Positions 26,611-38,305 of a stretch of DNA of 64,000 nt are shown here, in pieces. Under the pieces are notes generated by a model, which saw only the letters and a program-made list of their open reading frames with translations, was not told the origin of the DNA and did no database searches. This DNA is from Macrostomum hystrix. Lineage: Eukaryota > Animalia > Platyhelminthes. The stretch lies in NCBI GenBank assembly GCA_950097015.1, contig CATNEN010000001.1:8184001-8248000 (forward strand), written 5' to 3'. The number at the start of each line of letters is the position of its first letter. Position 1 is the stretch's first letter. The position numbers were made by a program, and so were the translations under genes.

Positions 26611-29600
26611 TTATTCAGCTTCGGCATCGCCGCGTTCAACTCCGCCTTCTTCTGTGCTGCTCGCTTTTTTCGCTTGGTGTTCCACATTTTGCAGCGAAGA
26701 TAGCCGAACTCAACAGCAGCCAGCAGCAAAGTCAGCACGCAGCCAACCAGGTTGATGACGGCGATGCCGAGAGTATTGTTAAGTGTCAGGGCGCCATTTT
26801 TTGTATTGAAAATTGGCGGCTCGTCTGGTATGTAGTCCCGAAGTAGATCCGGAAAAGTTGTACTACGACAATTCGGTAAGTCAGCGGCGTCTAATGTGAA
26901 ATATCTAAATAAAAGGTGAGGTTTGTGAAAATCAGAAAGATGTTTATTTTTTTAATCTGAGTCCTGACTATTATAAAAAAATTTCAAAGCAAAAACAAAC
27001 AGAAAACAATTGAACAAAAATTGAATAAAAGCAATTTAACAAGAAAGTGTTTAAAAAATTAAGAAGAGTCATCTATTGAATTAGATGGACTAGCCGCTAT
27101 TATTAAAAAGTAGAAAAGTAATTATCTGTGATTATATTTAATTGTATTGTTAATTGTAATTTAATTTAATGTAGTTAAAATTAATAGTTACGTGTTGAAT
27201 TTTAAAGCGTCTTATCAAAGATTTTTCTATATAGTATAAAACTTTATTGAAAATATTTATTTTATTATTATTGATACTGTATTTCTTTCATTAATTATTA
27301 TTTTTTTCATTAGAAAGTATTGATTACTTTCTACCAGAAAATACGCTAGTACGACAATAGCCAACTTCACGAGCTATACAAATATATTATTTATTAGCAG
27401 TTAACTCGAATACAAAAGATTATATATCTTCAGGTGATCTTCAAAAATTTTATTAATGTAGTATAAGGCATAAGGTAATGTCTTGATTATTTTTACTATT
27501 TCTAAAATTTTTCTAATACTTAAAAAAATATTTTTTGCTTTACTCACTGCTTGTACAGCCTGTCCCTAAGTCCATTGTTGATGAGTTGAGAAATGGCCTG
27601 GTCGATGATAAAGTCGTACTCGGCTGACATCGGTATACCGAATGAAGCGCTCTGCGTGCTGAATGCCCCGGTGTTGACAGCGTTACAGATGAACTGGCTG
27701 TAATACTGGTTCATTGCACTGTCGTAGATCAAAGCGTAAGTTCCATTCTGCACTTGCTCAAGCGCCACATCTAGATTTGGAAGCAAACTTTTGTTTCTAT
27801 TATCAGTCATGTGGCGATAAATTTGCTGCTGAACATTGTCCGTCGAATTTTGGAACATTGCCAGATAGGATGTGCCAACCACTGTGCCATAATTATAAGT
27901 AGTCTGAGCATACAGAGTGGATAGGCTGGTAATATCGGATTGCAGTCGACTCAGCGTACGGCTAGCCGCATAATTGGTGACGTAGGCTACTAGAATCACG
28001 AATGCGAATAGCCAATAGACTGCAATAACCAACTGACCAGATGGTCTGTCTGGCGGAGTACCTGTGATGCCCTGCAACAAATAAAGTTAAAAAAATTGCC
28101 ACTCGATACAGCACTAGTTATTTCTTTCAGGAATCTTACTGTTTAACAGGTAGGTCTGACGGGTAGGTCTAAAAGGTAGCTATTCTGTATTGCAGATTGT
28201 CTGTCTATCAGGTATCTAACAGGTAGCTCTCTTGTGTTTGACATGTACCGAAAAAAGCCAAAGAATTTTACCTGGATGAGTGAAGCAAAGCTAAAAAAGA
28301 TGGTCTCATAAATTCCGAAGTTGGCAGCATTCCTGCTAAGCTGGTGCAGTACGGTTAGCACAATCGATAATCCAACCACGGAGCCAATCACAGCTAGCCA
28401 GGTGTACAAATGAAACGGCCTCATAAACTGGAACATAGATATCAGTGGATTCTCTAAACGCTTCTTATAAAGAATGGTCAGCTGAAAGCTAAGATAGGGC
28501 TGCGTGAATTTCAACACTTGACGCCTGGTTTCAGTGTCCGACAGACTGGCACAGGCTAGATCCGCTTTGCCCTGAATCAGTGTCTGTACAATGCCATTCC
28601 AGTTGCCCTGACTGTCTTGTACGCCGTATTGACCGTCCGGCTGAATGAAGAAGTTGACGTCCTTGACCTAGAAGAGTGATTTTGCTTGTAGTTTAGTTTA
28701 TTATTTTCCGCGAGTTCATTAATAAGTGGCTTTTAACAATGTGCAATCGAAAACTGATTGACAGGTAGGATTGGTGTATAAAATTTTGGTTTGATATCTA
28801 AAACATAAAGCTTAAAATTATCTAACAGTCGAGGTACCTATCTAAAAAGTGAGTTCTATATCTAACTGTGGACGTCGATATCTAACAGGTCAAGTCCATA
28901 TCCAACATGTCAGGTTGATATCTAACATGTCAGGTTGATATCTAACATGTCAGGTTGATATCTAACATGTCAGGTTGATATCTAACATGTCAGGTTGATA
29001 TCTAACATGTCAGGTTGATATCTAACATGTCAGGTTGATATCTAACAGGTCAGGTTAGTTGACTTCATAGACGATATTGAAAGTGCACGCTAATCTCACT
29101 CACCGACATGTTGCTCAGAATTTCTTTGCATATATCGATAGCGAATCCGTTTAGTCTATCGTATAGCGGTAGTTCCGTTCTGTTCTCGTAACCCTTCTTG
29201 TACTGAACAAAAGGCGGCTTCTGTAACATTAGATTTAAAAATCAATTATGCACGCTGAATAAAACTGCTTTTACAGCTTAAACTTAAGGTAACGCTAGTT
29301 CGATTCAATTTCTAAAAGGTAGACTATTTGTCTGCTTTGGTAACAGACAGTTTCTTTGTCTAACAGGTCGTTTCTGTCTAACAGGTTGATGCTAGTAATC
29401 GTATCTAACAGGTTGATGCGTGTGTCTAACAGGTTGATGCTTGTGTCTAACAGGTTGATGCCTGTGTCTAACAGGTTGATGCGTGTGTCTAACAGGTTGA
29501 TGCTTGTGTCTAACAGGTTGATGCTTGTGTCTAACAGGTTGATGCTTGTGTCTAACAGGTTGATGCTTGTGTCTAACAGGTTGATTCTTGTGTCTAACAG

Positions 29601-32600
29601 GTTGACACATACGCAATGCCACACCCTCAGTTCATCGGCTAACTTACCAGTATGGTAACAACTCGAAACACATTCTTATTTATCTCTTCAACCAATGTGG
29701 CCTCGTTTGGTACACGTATCGGCGGCTTCAAAAAGTTGAACTCTCCAACTGAGCTCCAATTTCCAATCTGGAATAAATTTACCATCGTCAGATTGGCGCC
29801 TAGTTGCAAACTAAAAATCTTATTTACTAAGTTGAAATCAAGTGTCTAACAGGTTGGAATCTAGCTAGTGTCTAACAGGTTGGAATCTAGTGTCTAAAAG
29901 GTTGGAATCTAGTGTTTAACAGGTTGGAATCTAGCTAGTGTCTAACTGGTTGGAATCTAGTGTCTAACAGGTTGGAATCTAGTGTTTAACAGGTTGGAAT
30001 CTTGTGTCTAACAGGTTGGAATCTAGTGTCTAACAGGTTGGAATCTAGTGTCTAACAGGTCGGAATCTAGTGTCTAACAGGTTGGAATCTAGTGTCTAGC
30101 AGATTGGAATCTAGTGTCTAACAGGTCGGAATCTAGTGTCTAACAGGTTGGAATCTAGTGTCTAACAGGTAGGTATCAAGTGTCTAACAGGTTAGAAATC
30201 TAGTGTCTAACAGTTTTTAATTGAGCTTGTACAATTTAAACCTACTGTAACAGGACGATTGAGTTAATTGTAACATTATATAGCAGGAAAAGTACATTGT
30301 GTCCGTCAATCACAAGTATTCGGCATGTTAACTCACCCTCTGCCTCTCAGATCCTAAGCCACCATAATAATTCATCTGCCAGAACTGTCTCACGACACTG
30401 CCGTTCGGATAGAGTTGAAAGTTGCCAGTCATACCAGAGAATGTCTGGTTAACCGGGTTTGGCTAAGAAAAGAAAATATGTTTAAAAATCATATAAAAAA
30501 TTGCCCCTAAGGTAGAGGTAAATACTAATAATCTATCAGGTAAATCATAACCTGTTAATATTATTATCACAGGCATAAATCATTCTGGCATGTTTACTGA
30601 AAAAAATTATGATAAAAATAATTTCACGAGGGCTCTAGGCAATGGCACATCATTCGGTGACACTAGACCCGCAGCCAGCGAGGAGGCAATTCTGCCCATT
30701 TCACAGACTCCTGAGCACACACGCACTCTCACACAGCTGTGTACATCTGCCCTCACTCTCTTATCGTCAGGCAGTGTACACTCTCTGTGCCTTGTGCCTT
30801 GCCCTAAATTGCGCGACAAGCTCTCAAGCCTTCTCTCCGCGGCTGCGCCCCGAATGAATGTGGCCTCACCGCGGAATCGAGCTCAGGGACCTTGGTGCGA
30901 GAGGCAAACGCGTTGACCGCTCTGCCACGCACTACAGTGTTAACTGAAAGCTGTGAATCTAAAAATCTGTCCTGTACTTGCCTCCTTGCAGACAATCTTC
31001 TTTAGATAGATGTTCCAAATCGACAGCATGTCGTACAAGTAGATCTCTCTGGCTCTGCTCAAATTGTACTCGATAGCCAAGGAGATTGGGCCGAATTCCA
31101 TCGAGGTGATGTTCTTTGACACCACTTTGAAGCCGGCAAAATTGTTTTTGTCGACCAGGCGCTAAAGAAATTTCAAAGAAATGAAAGAAAAAAAGAAAAA
31201 AAAACGTCTAAGATTATTTGCTTAATTATTAAAGTTGTGTTTGACAAAAATACTATTGGTGCACGGTTCTATTGTATAACTGTTGTCTACTGTCTAACAG
31301 GTTTGTACTTATGTCTAATAAGTTTGTACTTATGTCTAACAGGTTTGTGCTTACGTCTAATAGGTTTGTACTAATGTCTAACAGATTGGTACTAATGCCT
31401 AACAGGTTTGTACCAATGTCTAACAGGTTTATAATTATGTCTAATAGGTTTGTACTAATGACAAACAGGTTTGTACTATTGTCTAATAGGTTGATTCTTA
31501 TGTCTAACAGGTTGATGATAATGTTTAACAGGTTCTTACTGAAATCTAACAGGGTGTTGCTAGCAATGAAAAGCACGTCTGCAAAATTGCAAAAGCCTGC
31601 AAACCTAGCTACTTCTCTTCAAAAACATTGTCTCTAGCTCGAGACTTTATTCGCGATACAAAGTTTAGTGCATGCCACTTATTTACAGTTCCGTATTGTG
31701 CATATAAGCATATTGTAGTGCCGCTTTGATTTATTTGCGGTTAATTTTTTAGTTTAGCGACTATTACTAATAGTAGTGATGTTTACAAATATCTTTCACA
31801 AAGAGAGCAAATGTTTAAGTATTTTGCGGCGCATTTTTTTAGCATATTAGCAAAACCATTTGTACCGAAATTTTCCCCTCGAGTGCAACCTAGCAATGAA
31901 AGTTAAGGAGAAATCTATTCAGTTGCGAGATCACGAATGCGGGTCACTGTGCATCAAGGATTGCAGTTCTCAACCAACAAGGGTCACTGTGCATCAAGGA
32001 TTGCAGTTCACAACCAACAAGGGTCACTCTGCATCAAGGATTGCAGTTCCCAACCAGCAATGGTCACTCTGCATCAAGGATTGCAGTTCCCAACCAGCAA
32101 TGGTCACTCTGCAGCAAGGATTGCAGTTCCCAACCAGCAATGGTCACTCTGCATCAAGGATTGCAGTTCCCAACCAGCAATGGTCACTCTGCATCAAGGA
32201 TTGCAGTTCCCAACCAGCAATGGTCACTCTGCATCAAGGATTGCAGTTCCCAACCAGCAATGGTCACTCTGCATCAAGGATTGCAGTTCCCAACCAGCAA
32301 TGGTCACTCTGCATCAAGGATTGCAGTTCCCAACCAGCAATGGTCACTCTGCATCAAGGATTGCAGTTCCCAACCAACACGGGTCACTCTTGCCAAGAAT
32401 AATCGTCACGATAGCGTCATTAACCCGATGCATAAATGATTCCAGTCTTGCACGATAAATTTCAATGCTTTATGTCAATTTCCACCGTACTCGTATATTG
32501 CAGTACATTGCAGTATATCGTGCTCAGAAGAGAACAAGAACGTAAGTAGCTGTCCTTAAATAAAGTTGAATCCATTATTCTCACCACATTGAACAGGAAC

Positions 32601-35339
32601 CAGCGATAAGGCGGCAGCAGTAGCAGGCTGTCATAGGCTGCCGCGATGAAATAATCGGCATCTTCAGCAGGTGAGGCCAGTAGAAAGTTTCTGGATCCTG
32701 AAGCTTTTATCTGGCTGATGATGCTGTACTCATTGCCACGCTGCAGCTGATAAAATTGCACACTACCTGGATATTCGTCAACAATCAGTTGCATCTGGTC
32801 CATAGTGTAACCGCTGCCAAGGACGATGCTGAGTTTGATTGACACATCTACGGAGGCCGACAGGTCCAGGGCTTCCATCAGGGCCTGCGAATATGACACG
32901 GCTGTAGCTTTTTAACAAAAACACGATCGATCTATAATAGTATTAAGCAATATTAATCCAAAATTGTCAAAAATTATAGATGGCATTAGACACCTCGACG
33001 AGAATCGTTGAATATCTCGACGATGCCGATGTTCTGTGATTCTGGAAGTTGTCTCATCGGATAGAGCGGAAAATTTTAGCCCGTGTTCTGGATTTTAATG
33101 GCGATTTTGTACACCTCCCCTGACTTTCTTATCGTCAGGCAGTGTACAGTGTACACTTTCATTGTGCCTTGGTGGTTGGCCCTCAATGGCGTAAATTGCA
33201 CGAAAAGCTTCCAAGCCTTGTTGCGCCCAAAATGAAAATGTGGCCTCGCCGCGGAATCGACTTTAGGGACCTTGGCGCGAGAGGTCCCTGGCCCCGGTCG
33301 GTGGCAGAGCGGCTAACGCGTTTGCCTCTCGCACCACGGTACAAAATTTATTGATCGATAAGTGCTACTTAAAATAGCCTTAGCGATCGATAATTTCTGC
33401 TTAAAATAGTCCAAGCGATCGATAATTCTACTTAGAGTAGCCTTAGCGATCGATAATTCTACTTAGAGTAGCCTTAGCGATCGATAATTCTACTTAGAGT
33501 AGCCTTAGCGATCGATAATTTCTACTTAAAATATTCTTAGCGATCGATAATTGCTACTTAAAATTTTCTTAGCGATCGATAATTGCTACTTAAAATATAC
33601 TAGGCGATCGATAATTGGTACAAAAAATAGATTTGACGATAGATAACCGTTCCCTATAATTGTTACTAAAAGTGTGCATTTACTGCTCTAAGCATCTGAT
33701 TGATAAAATTGTACCGCTCAATTTAAAAATGCGCTCACCCTAAACACACCGTCCTCGGCCAATTGAATAGTCAATGGGGCCATGACGTGAAGCTGCATGC
33801 TTGAGAAGCCAGGAACTCCCGAAGGGATTCCCGCTTGTGCGAACATGTCCAACTCGTTCTGGTCGAATGCTCCAGCGAACAGGCAGCCAGATGACCGCAG
33901 CTGGTTCATCTCTGCATGGCGATAGAGGGAATAGGAGGGATTGCTAGTCTCGCCTCCAATGGATGAAGGAATAGAATGGATTGCTAATCTAGCCTCCAAT
34001 GGATGAAGGAATAGAATGGATTGCTAGTCTCGCCTCCAATGGGTGAAGGAATAGAATGGATTGCTAGTCTCGCCTCCAATGGGTGAAGGAATAGAATGGA
34101 TTGCTAGTCTAGCCTCCAATAGATGAAGGAATAGAATGGATTGCTAGTCTCGCCTCTAATGGGTGAAGGAATAGAATGGATTGCTAGTCTAGCCTCCATA
34201 AACTTACGTTCATTAGCCAGTTTAATATTTAACAGTCCACTTTGCGGCGTGTCTATGAAGTTGAACACTGTGTTGTTAATGTCTGGCGACGACAGGCAGG
34301 AATTTCGCAAGGCCGGAAGGAAAATTTGGTTGAAAAGTCTCTGTGTGGTGTTGGCAACACCTGGCTCGTCCCAGATCACCGCTGCGGGATGAAGGTGTTT
34401 GAGAACGGTGGTAATGTGTGGATTAGGGAGTGGATGAATCAGAGACAGTTGGTGAATGATAGACAGTGGGTGAGTGATAGACAGTGGGTGAATGATAGAC
34501 AGTGGGTGAATGAGTGATAAGTGGGTGAATCAGTGACAGTGGGTGAGTAACAATGGGTGAATGAGTAACACTGGGTGAATAAGTAACAGTGGGTGAGTGA
34601 GAGACAGTGGGTGAATGATAGACAGTGGGTGAATGAGTGATAAGTGGGTGAATCAGTGACAGTGGGTGAGTAACAATGGGTGAATGAGTAACACTGGGTG
34701 AATAAGTAACAGTGGGTGAGTGAGAGACAGTGGGTGAGTGAGTGATAGTGGGTGAGTCAGTGACAGTGAGTGAATGAATGAGTGACAGTGGGTGAATGAG
34801 TAACAGTGGGTGAATGAGTAACAGTGGGTGAATGAGTAACAGTGGGTGAATGAGTAACAGTGTGTGAATAAGTAACAGTGGGTGAATGAGTAACAGTGTG
34901 TGAGTGAGAGACAGTGGGTGAGTGAGTGACAGTGGGTGAGTCAGTGACAGTGAGTGAATGAATGAGTGACAGTGGGTGAATGAGTAACAGTGGGTGAGTG
35001 AGAGACAGTGGGTGAGTGGGTGTCAGTGGGTGAGTCAGTGACAGTGAGTGAATGAATGAGTGACAGTGGGTGAATGAGTAACAGTGGGTGAGTGAGAGAC
35101 AGTGGGTGAGTGAGTGATAGTGGGTGAGTCAGTGACAGTGAGTGAATGAATGAGTGACAGTGGGAGTATCTGAATGACGGTCAGTGATTATCAAATACTA
35201 TATTACTAACAAGGTGTTTGTGAAGTCTATGCGCTATGAAGAAAAGTTCCGTTTAAAAAAGCTCACCAAAGTTGATGGTGGTAGCGCAGAGAGTGCCACC
35301 AATCAGGCAAGCCGCTACTAATAAAGTCAACAACGTCAT
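26611..35339 (-). CDS. Divergent ionotropic glutamate receptor-family subunit (paralog 2), 11 exons
   Basis: Exons (-): 35339-35267 (signal peptide), 34381-34208, 33911-33739, 32884-32585, 31161-30982 (GC donor), 30462-30337, 29767-29648, 29220-29104, 28667-28272, 28071-27548 and 26904-26611. Exon sizes 126/120/117/396 equal those of paralog 1. S1, M1-M3, S2 and M4 motifs present. Confidence 0.9.
28858..29056. repeat. 20-bp minisatellite (TCTAACATGTCAGGTTGATA)
   Basis: Tandem copies; intronic. Confidence 0.9.
29357..29605. repeat. 21-bp minisatellite (TGTGTCTAACAGGTTGATGCT)
   Basis: Tandem copies; intronic. Confidence 0.9.
29841..30213. repeat. 22-bp minisatellite (TCTAACAGGTTGGAATCTAGTG)
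   Basis: Tandem copies; intronic. Confidence 0.9.
30606..30928 (-). mobile_element. tRNA-derived SINE family 1, near-full copy
   Basis: Colinear with copies at 16456 and 37094. Confidence 0.85.
31291..31552. repeat. 21-bp degenerate minisatellite (TGTCTAACAGGTTTGTACTTA)
   Basis: Tandem copies; intronic. Confidence 0.85.
31941..32390. repeat. 40-bp minisatellite, about 11 copies
   Basis: Unit GGTCACTCTGCATCAAGGATTGCAGTTCCCAACCAGCAAT. Confidence 0.95.
33353..33617. repeat. About 31-bp minisatellite with CGATCG palindrome
   Basis: Unit AGCGATCGATAATTCTACTTAGAGTAGCCTT. Confidence 0.9.
33930..34199. repeat. 40-bp minisatellite filling nearly all of intron 33912-34207
   Basis: Unit GGATTGCTAGTCTCGCCTCCAATGGGTGAAGGAATAGAAT. 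Confidence 0.92.
34430..35163. repeat. About 18-bp minisatellite (ACAGTGGGTGAATGAGTA)
   Basis: Tandem variant copies in intron 1 of iGluR paralog 2. Confidence 0.92.
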
Positions 35340-35752
35340 TTGACGGAACATAATTTTAATTATGAATTATAAAGAACTGGAAGTTTTGTCACCGTGAAAG
35401 ATCGAGAATGTCTCGGCGAATTTCTCTTTGAGCAGTCTTTGCAGTTGAGCTTGCGTATATCTAGTCAGCATCTATTCAGTATCAGTCTCAATTCTTTTTC
35501 ATTTGGCTATTCAAACAGCGTACACTAATATAGAAAATATTCCTTCCGAGAGAGACGACTAAGCTCAGAAAAAGGGAGTGAGCATGGAAAAACTGACTCA
35601 CTAAGACTCATCGGACAATAGCCTGATACCTACTGAATACCTGTCTGCCCGTCCTGATGTTAGGTTTATGCATTTTAGACGCCACATGTCTCTCTATCCA
35701 TCTCTTCCATCTATCTGTTTCAGTCGACGCAACTAGTCCAGTCAGGCAAACG

Positions 35753-36579
35753 CAAGGACCACTAGAAGAAGGACAGGGCACATCGTTTCTTTTAAAAATG
35801 TTTAAAGGCAGATTTCCACCGAAAAGGCACTATTGAGATAGGAACTTTTCACCTTTATCTAATTAAAATGTTTATAACTCTTTATTGGAAGCAAATCCAA
35901 AACTTGCAAAACATGCTGCTTCAACGAATCCTAAAAAGCTTCATTTATTAATATTCATTAATAATCCATCTTTATTATCTTTTCGCTTATTTATCAGGAA
36001 AGTACAATAGCAACCAAGCAGACATAAAATGAGACTATACTCGTAGTTTGACCTACTGATTTTTTAACGTAATAAAATTATACTTGATAAGAAGTGACTG
36101 TAATATTGAGTTAGTCACGAGATACCATATTGCCTGGCTATTGTGCTTCATGATAAATAAATTATAGCCTAGAGAGGTTGTAGCCAAGTGGTTAGGGCGT
36201 CGGACTCACGACTTGAAGGTCGGGGGTTCAATTCCCGAGTCCACTGGAACAATTTGTGTCCTTTAGCAAGACACTTAACTCTGCATCGCTTCAGTTCACC
36301 CAGCTGTTAAATGGGTACCAGCATCAGCTGGGATAATTGAAGGTGGGTGTGGCGTCCCCCCAATCCATGGACTGAACAGCTGTACGCAGCCTTCAGATGC
36401 GCCGCGCATTAGCTGCGGCTGTGCTGTCGGCTGCACATCTGACCCAATTGGGGCAGGTGTATTCAATTATCAATTATTTATTTACAAATAAATGAATTAA
36501 ATAAAATGAAATGAAATCATGAAATAAATCTTTTTTCCAAGAAACGAGTGTCCCGTCCTTCTCCTTCTAGTGGTCCTTG
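35753..36579. mobile_element. hAT-type MITE / non-autonomous DNA transposon
   Basis: Imperfect ~38-bp TIRs (CAAGGACCACTAGAAG... / ...CTTCTAGTGGTCCTTG). Flanks GGCAAACG and GGCAAATC resemble a decayed 8-bp TSD. Confidence 0.7.
36171..36480 (+). mobile_element. tRNA-derived SINE family 2, full copy
   Basis: A box TAGCCAAGTGG, B box GGTTCAATTCC, central GTGTCCTTTAGCAAGACACTTAAC...CCCAGCTGTTAAATGGGTACC resembling the conserved central domains of CORE/V/Meta SINEs, then a structured tail. Confidence 0.85.
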
Positions 36580-37093
36580 GGCAAATCCTGCTAAGAGGCT
36601 GCTACGAGCACAGTCATCTTTAAAATTTGGATGCACAATCTATGCGCCGATTCTAGTCATGGAAAGAAAGCAAAATTACCACAAGTTGTTACTAAATTAA
36701 CCAAATATTAACACAAGAATTCAGAAAGTTTAGTTTGCTAAAAAGCCATGTCTTCAGGTATTTATTCTGTCTACCGCTGATTACTTTAGTGCATGCACAT
36801 TTAGGGATGTGGAAATGCTATCATTCTGTTTGCTGAGTAATGATTTTGTAGGCGCAACGAATGCAATCATAAGCCGACTTTACAAGCTTGAACGATAGAC
36901 AAAATTTTCAGTCTAATTTCGAAATTCCATCACCAAGATACTGTGAGTTGCAATTCACTTTAATACGAGCTCGCAAAATTGGCTCAGAAAAGTGAGACTC
37001 CTTGAGAAAATGATATTCGCACTGGTAGAGTTACTCATTATTTAGGTTCGAGGTTGAGTGACAGAACGGTCTAACGCGATTGCCTCTCGCGCC

Positions 37094-37428
37094 AATAATA
37101 ATAATAAAATAATTGCAGGAGGGCTGCGGGCAATGGCACATCATTTGGTGACACTAGACCCGCAGCCAGCGAGGAGGCAATTCTGCCCATTTCACAGACT
37201 CCTGAGCACACACGAACATAGATACTGTACGCAGGCATACGCTCACACAGGTGTGTACATCGGCCCTGACTTTCTCATCGTAAGGCACTTCAAAGGCGTA
37301 AATTGCACGACAAGCCCCCAAGCCTTCTTTCCGCGGCTGCGCCCCAAATGAATGTTGCCTCGCCGTGGAATCGAACTTAAGGACCGTGGTGCGAGAGGCA
37401 AACGCGTTAACCGCTCTGCCACCGACCG
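37094..37428 (-). mobile_element. tRNA-derived SINE family 1, full copy
   Basis: Head CGGTGGCAGAGCGGTTAACGCG...GTTCGATTCC and (ATT)n tail. Fragments also at about 5071-5135 (+), 15985-16138, 23701-23803, 25103-25210, 33112-33340 and 38813-38970. Confidence 0.85.
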
Positions 37429-38020
37429 CTCTGCCTGACGCATGTTTCGCTAGCCGAAACCCAGCAGCATAACTTTTTACAATCACTTGTACCACATGCA
37501 AAATCGGTCTTTCCTAATAGATTTTGACTAGATTTAATTGTACCACACGTTAAATTATCTTCATATTGCTAATCATTTCACTTTTAAAGCCTTCAAATTT
37601 CCGGATTTAAAAAAATCGGTGCGGCTGGCATTGGGCTGATCAATTGCACCATCGCTTCTGACTAGATTATTGTACCGTTTTTAATTTATAAAATTTCAGC
37701 AAAATCCGCATCTTTTGAGCTCAAAAGTTGATCTGAGCGAGCTTTAATAAGCAAAAAATCATCATCTGAAGTTTTAATGAAGTGATTCCCGGTAGCAAAT
37801 GGTCTTCTATCTCCAAAAATAGAATACATATACGGCCTGTACCACATTTGTACCACCTCAAGCACACACAAAAATCGTTACAACTAGAGTAATTATAGAA
37901 TGTACGAGTATCGAAGAAACAAAAAAATGAATACACAAAACACTTTTTTCGACAAAACGCAAGTGTTGCGTCCTGAATGTGACGCTACTTTATTCGCCCT
38001 TGAACTGTCCTACTGATAAC

Positions 38021-38168
38021 AGAGGTTGTAGCCTAGTGCTTAGAGTGTCGGACTCACGACTTGAAGGTCGGGGTTCAATTCCCGACTATACTGGAACAAT
38101 CTGTGTCCTTTAGAAAGACACTCTGCATTGCTTCAGTTCACAGCTGTTATATGGGTACCAGCATTAGT
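38021..38168 (+). mobile_element. SINE family 2, 3'-truncated copy
   Basis: Colinear with the 5' half of the 36171 copy. Another fragment at about 10748-10830 (-). Confidence 0.8.
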
Positions 38169-38305
38169 CGAATACAGTATAATACAGTCGAACTCAATTT
38201 ACGAGCTACATAGAGTTACCAAAATTGTTTCAGGCTACAAGTATAATATTCGCTGATATAACAATGCAACTGTAAGAATTAGTCCTAAAATTTCATGCAC
38301 ATGCA

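Noticed and set aside
36171-36245. tRNA genes (also 38021, 40341, 37350-37428)
   Set aside because: tRNA-like heads run into shared SINE bodies, and acceptor stems are poor.
37120-37182. HDV-like ribozyme in SINE family 1 (GCCTCCTCGCTGGC matches the HDV P3/L3 core)
   Set aside because: No upstream P1 strand, no P1.1 GG and no P4-J4/2-P2 closure. The segment is better explained by the SINE 3' hairpin.
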